DNA of 64,000 nucleotides from an uncultured Alphaproteobacteria bacterium (GTDB lineage Bacteria; Pseudomonadota; Alphaproteobacteria; RF32; CAG-239): NCBI GenBank assembly GCA_944392865.1, contig CALXYD010000001.1, positions 2,705 to 66,704 of the forward strand, read 5' to 3'. Shown piece by piece: positions 59,144 to 64,000 of this stretch (position 1 is its first letter; each line of letters starts with the position of its first letter). The notes under the pieces were generated by a model. It saw only the letters and a program-made list of their open reading frames with translations, ran no database searches and was not told where the DNA came from. The position numbers and the translations under genes were made by a program.

Positions 59144-60118
59144 CTAAAATTCCGCCGTGATATTCCGGCCTATCAGTAAAAACTTATCTGTCCGTTGCTT
59201 TTTAAGCTCTTCCGGCGATAAATTTTCCAATTCTTTTAACTGGCGTAAAACAGCCTCTTTAACCGAATTAAGCGTCTGCGGAATATTACGGTGTGCCCCG
59301 CCCAACGGTTCTTTGATAATCTCATCAATAATTCCGAGCGCTTTTAGGTCTTGCGCCGTTAGCCGCAAAGCTTCCGTCGCTTCTTTTGTTTTATCGCCGG
59401 AACGCCACAATATTGATGCGCAGCCCTCTGGAGAAATAACCGAATAAATTGAATGTTCCAGCATTAAAACCCGATTCGCCGTAGCAATGGCAATCGCTCC
59501 GCCGGAACCGCCCTCGCCGATAATCACGGAAATAACCGGCGTCTTAACCTGTAAACATTTTTCAATAGACGCCGCAATGGCCTCCGCTTGCCCGCGCGCC
59601 TCCGCATCAACGCCCGGATAGGCGCCGGCAGTATCAACAAAACTAATAATCGGCAAATGAAATTTATCCGCCAAATCCATCATTCTCTGCGCTTTACGAT
59701 ACCCTTCCGGCTTAGCCATTCCGAAATTATATTTAATACGCGTTTCAAGGTCGTGTCCCTTTTCCTGCCCCATAACAATTACGGCACGCCCGTCAATTTT
59801 CCCCAAACCGCATACCATCGCCTCGTCATCGGCAAAACATCTGTCGCCGGCAAGCAACGTAAAGTCCTCAACAAACGCATTGATATAATCAAGGCAGTGC
59901 GGCCGTAACGGATGTCTGGCAATTTGCGCCTTTTGCCACGCCGACAAATTCATATACGTTCTGTTGATATGCTGCCCGAGCTTACGTTCCAAACGCCGTA
60001 TCTCTCTGGTAATATCCATATCTTCATCTTTAGCGAGAAGTTTCAAATGCTCGATTTTTTCTTCAATTTCTAAAATATCTTTTTCAAAATCAAGCGCTAC
60101 CGCAGTAGAATCATTCAT
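59144..60118 (-). CDS. accA: Acetyl-CoA carboxylase carboxyltransferase subunit alpha
   Basis: ...ARHPLRPHCLDYI... GGSGGAIAIATANRVLMLE are canonical AccA motifs; 324 aa. Confidence 0.95.
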   Translation of the reverse strand: MNDSTAVALDFEKDILEIEEKIEHLKLLAKDEDMDITREIRRLERKLGQHINRTYMNLSAWQKAQIARHPLRPHCLDYINAFVEDFTLLAGDRCFADDEAMVCGLGKIDGRAVIVMGQEKGHDLETRIKYNFGMAKPEGYRKAQRMMDLADKFHLPIISFVDTAGAYPGVDAEARGQAEAIAASIEKCLQVKTPVISVIIGEGGSGGAIAIATANRVLMLEHSIYSVISPEGCASILWRSGDKTKEATEALRLTAQDLKALGIIDEIIKEPLGGAHRNIPQTLNSVKEAVLRQLKELENLSPEELKKQRTDKFLLIGRNITAEF

Positions 60119-60319
60119 TTTTATAACCTTTAAAAATTAAACCGTTGCCCTCTCTATAACACAAAATAAAAAAAATTCATCATATTTTTTTGATATATTC
60201 CACACACCGCCCGTTTTTAGCCGTTTTTTACCCAAAAATATAGGTATTTAACTGTTTTTTTATTTGCAAAATACCACATATCGGCTAAAATAACAAAAAA
60301 TTTATCGGAGAATAATACC

Positions 60320-61513
60320 GTGCTGAACATTTCGTTTTTCATCGCTGCTTTTTCCAGTATCTTCTGGCTCATATACAGCCTGAACTTCATATACGCACCA
60401 CTGCCGAATATGGAACAATTATACAGGTCTGTTCTGATTATCGCATTGCCGATTATTCTGATATGGGGTTTGTTCATCACCATTCGCAGCTACTATGCCG
60501 CGCAAAACGCCTCTGCCCGGACATTCGCCATACTTGAGCAGCTGAAAAAACAAACAGAAAATATGGAAACGCTCGGCTGTGCGCTTCTTTCCGCCGAAAA
60601 AGAAATAAAAAACGGTTTTATTCTCCGCGAGTTTGACACTTTAATTGCCGATGCCAACGAAATCTTAGCGGACATTATCAAACGCAGCAATTCCATTTCC
60701 AGCGCGCAAATGGAACATCTCTGGTCGCGCACGGCCGGAGGCGAACGCTGGCTCATCGCCAAAACTTTTATTGAAACATATAATTTCCAATCCGGCTTTA
60801 CGGAACACCTGTTACAAAGAGCGCAAAAAGACCCGTTGCTTAAAGGCAGCATCTTAGAATTCCAGGCACGCATAAAAGGCCTGTATCGCCTCATGGAAGT
60901 TTACGACACCCAACGTATTTTTTATAATATCATCGCCTCCGGCGCATTAGGGCGAACCTATGAACTTATAACCCCGATAGCCGAAAAGCTTACGCAGGCA
61001 AAAAACATTGAAGAAAAACCCAAACGCCAAACCGCAAACGTTCAACCCACCGTCACAGCGGCAAACAGCAAAATCTATACTTTAACCGAGGAACAGGACA
61101 TTTCTTTTCCTTCCTTTCTGACCCGGCCGGCCAATACCCCCCAAAGTGCCCCCGAAACGCCAACAGATGTTTCCCCAAAAGAAGACGCGCCAAAGCCCAA
61201 CCAGGACATTGATGCCGGCTTAAAAGCCATCCGCAATGAATTGTTAGCGACATCGCCCCAAAAAGAAAGGCCGCCGCTCATCAAATCCTTCGTCAACACT
61301 CAATCGGCTTTGCGTAACCTGAAAAAAGAACCCAATTTTTCAGCGACGGAACAAGGCCAACCCGCTGTTCTGGCACAAAAAAATACAAAAAAAGACAAAC
61401 CCGTCATTTCTTTAGATGAATTGGAAAAAGAAATAAACGCCTCACCCGAAAATAATTATGACGAATACGCTTATCCGTTCGGAGCCTGGTTAAATGAAAA
61501 GAAAAACAAATAA
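60320..61513 (+). CDS. Hypothetical membrane protein (2 N-terminal TM plus a cytoplasmic region with a low-complexity tail)
   Basis: 397 aa; overlaps the downstream solute-binding protein gene by 20 nt. Confidence 0.45.
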   Translation: MLNISFFIAAFSSIFWLIYSLNFIYAPLPNMEQLYRSVLIIALPIILIWGLFITIRSYYAAQNASARTFAILEQLKKQTENMETLGCALLSAEKEIKNGFILREFDTLIADANEILADIIKRSNSISSAQMEHLWSRTAGGERWLIAKTFIETYNFQSGFTEHLLQRAQKDPLLKGSILEFQARIKGLYRLMEVYDTQRIFYNIIASGALGRTYELITPIAEKLTQAKNIEEKPKRQTANVQPTVTAANSKIYTLTEEQDISFPSFLTRPANTPQSAPETPTDVSPKEDAPKPNQDIDAGLKAIRNELLATSPQKERPPLIKSFVNTQSALRNLKKEPNFSATEQGQPAVLAQKNTKKDKPVISLDELEKEINASPENNYDEYAYPFGAWLNEKKNK

Positions 61514-63374
61514 TCTGCTCTTCTCGCTATTGTTTTTTGCCCTGTTGGCGTTTAACAAAGCACAAGCGGAAACGCCCGCCCTGCCAGAAAACGATTTGCC
61601 GCAACAAACGGCAGAATCTACTCTCAACGAGCCGGTAGAAATAACCATTCGCAACTATATTACCGTAAACAATGCTCCCAAATATCCCGATGGTTTTGCT
61701 CATTTTTCCTATGTCAATCCGAATGCGCCTAAAAAAGGGCGGATTGTTTTGCCGGCGTATGGAACTTTTGATAATTTCAACCCTTATATTTTCAAGGGAA
61801 CAGCCTCAACCGAAGTTGTCGCATTAACTTTGGACAGTCTCGGCTTTTCCCCGGCTGATGACACCGAAACGGCCTACCCCCTGCTTGCCGAAAAATTTGA
61901 ATTCCCGTCCGACAAAAGTTTTATCGGATTTTTCATCAATCCCGCAGCTCGTTTTCATGACGGCTCTCCCGTAACGGCCGATGATGTCGTCTTCAGCTTT
62001 AATGCGTTGATAAACAAGGGTTCCCCTGTCTACAAATTCTACTATGCCGATGTTGACCGGGTTGAAAAAATATCCCCGTTGCACGTCCGTTTCTATTTCA
62101 AACCAAATACAAAGAATCGGGAACTTCCCTTAATTTTAAGCTCCCTGAAAATATTTTCTGCCAAAGATTTTGTGAACAAAGAATTTGACAAACCAAACCT
62201 CATTCCGCCATTAGGAAACGGGCCTTACCAAGTTGCCGACTTTGAAGCGGGACGCTATATTATTTTTAAACGAAATCCCAATTATTGGGGCAAAGACTTA
62301 CCCGTTCGTAAAGGCTACTTCAATTTTTCCGAAATCAAATACGATTATTATCAGGACACGACCATTTCCCTGCAAGCCCTTTTTTCCGGTAATATTGACG
62401 TCCGTTACGAATACATTGCCAAATCCTGGGCAACCGGACACAACAACAATCTCATTTATGAAGGCAAAATAAAAAAACAGGCCGTCAAACACAATCGCCC
62501 CGCAACCATACAATTTTTTGCTTTCAACACCCGCAAAGAAAAATTTAACAATCCGCTTGTCCGTCAAGCCATAGATTATGCTTTCAACTTTCCCTGGGCT
62601 GATAAAAATTTATTCTATAACCAATACAAAAGACTAAGGAGTTATTTTGCCAATACCAGATTCGCGGCTACCGGCCTCCCAGAAGGACAGGAATTAAATA
62701 TTCTGGAAAACATGGCAGACAAACTGCCGCCGGAAATTTTTACCACTCCGGTAGAACAGACTTTCCGCAACGATACTTTGTCCGACCGGGAAAACCTAAA
62801 AAAAGCCGTTCAACTCTTAAACAAGGCCGGATATGATTTTATCAACGAAAAAATGTGCAACCTCAAAACCGGTGAGCCGTTGAAATTTGAAATTATCATA
62901 AATTCCGCCAACGGCAACTCATTCACCCGTGTTTTGTTGCCCTTTATTGAAAATTTGCGCAAAATAGGCATAACCGCCACCACCCGCGTTTTAGAGATAA
63001 ACACCTATAAGAACAAACTGGACGAATTTGATTTTGATATCATCGTCGGCGGATTCGGTGGATTATATATGCCTGGCTCCGAGCAGAAAAACTTATGGGG
63101 AAGCAGCGCCGCCGACATCAAAGGGAGCAATAACATCATCGGCGTCAAAAATCCCGCAGTTGATGAACTGGTACAAAAATTGATTGAAACCGAAGACAAT
63201 GAACTCTACACAGCGTATGTTAAAGCGCTTGATCGCGTTTTGTTATTCAATCATTACGTTATCTTCAACTGGTACTCTGACGTCGACAGAATTGCCTATT
63301 GGGATAAATTTGCCTTCCCGGACAACAATACAGGCATCGGCGTTGACATTAACACATGGTGGATGAAGGATTAA
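61494..63374 (+). CDS. yejA: ABC transporter substrate-binding protein, family 5 (YejA/oligopeptide-type)
   Basis: Signal peptide; 626 aa SBP_bac_5 architecture; followed by a YejB-like permease. Confidence 0.8.
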   Translation: MKRKTNNLLFSLLFFALLAFNKAQAETPALPENDLPQQTAESTLNEPVEITIRNYITVNNAPKYPDGFAHFSYVNPNAPKKGRIVLPAYGTFDNFNPYIFKGTASTEVVALTLDSLGFSPADDTETAYPLLAEKFEFPSDKSFIGFFINPAARFHDGSPVTADDVVFSFNALINKGSPVYKFYYADVDRVEKISPLHVRFYFKPNTKNRELPLILSSLKIFSAKDFVNKEFDKPNLIPPLGNGPYQVADFEAGRYIIFKRNPNYWGKDLPVRKGYFNFSEIKYDYYQDTTISLQALFSGNIDVRYEYIAKSWATGHNNNLIYEGKIKKQAVKHNRPATIQFFAFNTRKEKFNNPLVRQAIDYAFNFPWADKNLFYNQYKRLRSYFANTRFAATGLPEGQELNILENMADKLPPEIFTTPVEQTFRNDTLSDRENLKKAVQLLNKAGYDFINEKMCNLKTGEPLKFEIIINSANGNSFTRVLLPFIENLRKIGITATTRVLEINTYKNKLDEFDFDIIVGGFGGLYMPGSEQKNLWGSSAADIKGSNNIIGVKNPAVDELVQKLIETEDNELYTAYVKALDRVLLFNHYVIFNWYSDVDRIAYWDKFAFPDNNTGIGVDINTWWMKD

Positions 63375-63380
63375 ACTTTT

Positions 63381-64000
63381 ATGCGCAATTATATTATAAA
63401 AAGGCTTCTCTTAATTCCCGTAACCTTATTCGGCATACTGCTGATAAACTTTGCCATCATTCAACTTGCCCCCGGCGGTCCCGTAGAATATATGCTGGCA
63501 CAATATAAAGGAATAAACACCAGCGCCACCGGTAACATCAGCGGCGGTATACCGAATTTAAACGAACAAAAGTATCAAGGCGCCAAAGGTGTTCCGGACG
63601 ATTTGGTAAAAGAGCTCCAAAAACAGTTTGGTTTTGACAAACCCGTTCACGAACGCTTTATCAAAATGCTTAAAGACTATTTGTCTTTTGACCTCGGCAA
63701 AAGTTATTACAAAGACAAAACCGTGCTGGAACTGATAAAAGAACGCCTGCCCGTATCCATCTCCCTCGGCCTGTGGTCAACCCTTATCATTTACTTAATC
63801 GCCATTCCGCTTGGTATCAAAAAAGCCCGGAAAGACGGCGAAGAATTTGACCTTATCAGTTCATTTATTATTTTCATCGGCTCCGCCATCCCTGTTTTTT
63901 TATTTGCCGTTTTACTAATCGTTCTATTTGCCGGCGGCACTTATTTTCAGATTTTCCCCTTAAAAGGATTAACCTCTGACGGATGGGAAAATTTTTCATT
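63381..64000 (+). CDS. yejB: ABC transporter permease (YejB/OppB-like), N-terminal part; the gene runs off the window end
   Basis: MRNYIIKRLLLIPVTLFGILLINFAIIQLAPGGP is a typical OppB/DppB/YejB N-terminus; open to the window end. Confidence 0.8.
   Translation, partial: MRNYIIKRLLLIPVTLFGILLINFAIIQLAPGGPVEYMLAQYKGINTSATGNISGGIPNLNEQKYQGAKGVPDDLVKELQKQFGFDKPVHERFIKMLKDYLSFDLGKSYYKDKTVLELIKERLPVSISLGLWSTLIIYLIAIPLGIKKARKDGEEFDLISSFIIFIGSAIPVFLFAVLLIVLFAGGTYFQIFPLKGLTSDGWENFS

Noticed and set aside
1-64000. Search for integrase, transposase, recombinase, reverse transcriptase or Cas genes that would make either accessory patch an intact mobile element or known defence island
   Set aside because: No ORF with the R-H-R-Y recombinase region, a DDE transposase motif or a reverse transcriptase motif was found. 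The patches look like decayed or immobilised insertions.

Overview
This 64-kb chromosomal segment comes from a moderately low-GC bacterium, apparently anaerobic and host-associated (class III ribonucleotide reductase NrdD, flavodiiron protein, pta-ackA, ankyrin and serpin genes). About three quarters is ordinary housekeeping content. Recognisable genes include nrdD (partial, 5' end inside the window), lepA, typA, pta-ackA, mpl-ldcA (peptidoglycan recycling), an AcrR-AcrA-AcrB efflux operon, cbpA, rpmB, cmk, rsmE, accA, and the start of a yejAB-like solute-binding protein and permease pair. I found four tRNAs by hand: Val(CAC), Glu(CTC), Pro(GGG) and Arg(CCG). Two accessory patches stand out. 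The first (about 25.7-34.6 kb) is a decayed tRNA-Val/tRNA-Glu-associated region. It holds five degenerate copies of an att-like repeat (the last 7 nt of tRNA-Glu plus its terminator and flank), a 5' half-copy of tRNA-Val, an ADP-ribosylglycohydrolase pseudogene, a YdcF remnant, and a 33-bp direct repeat. It also carries effector-like cargo: a secreted ankyrin-repeat protein and a candidate R-S-E-type ADP-ribosyltransferase, each followed by a small paralogous partner gene. No integrase or transposase survives there. The second patch (about 44.3-49.2 kb) sits beside tRNA-Pro and contains a type II restriction-modification pair, flanked by inverted paralogous RHH_4 genes. Other points of interest are a terminator-containing leader upstream of a GNAT gene (a candidate riboswitch or attenuator), a 526-aa tandem-repeat protein, a bacterial serpin, and a subtilisin-like protein that may have lost its catalytic Asp. 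No CRISPR array, rRNA gene or intact mobile element was found. All calls rest on reading the sequence and recalling motifs; no database search was possible.
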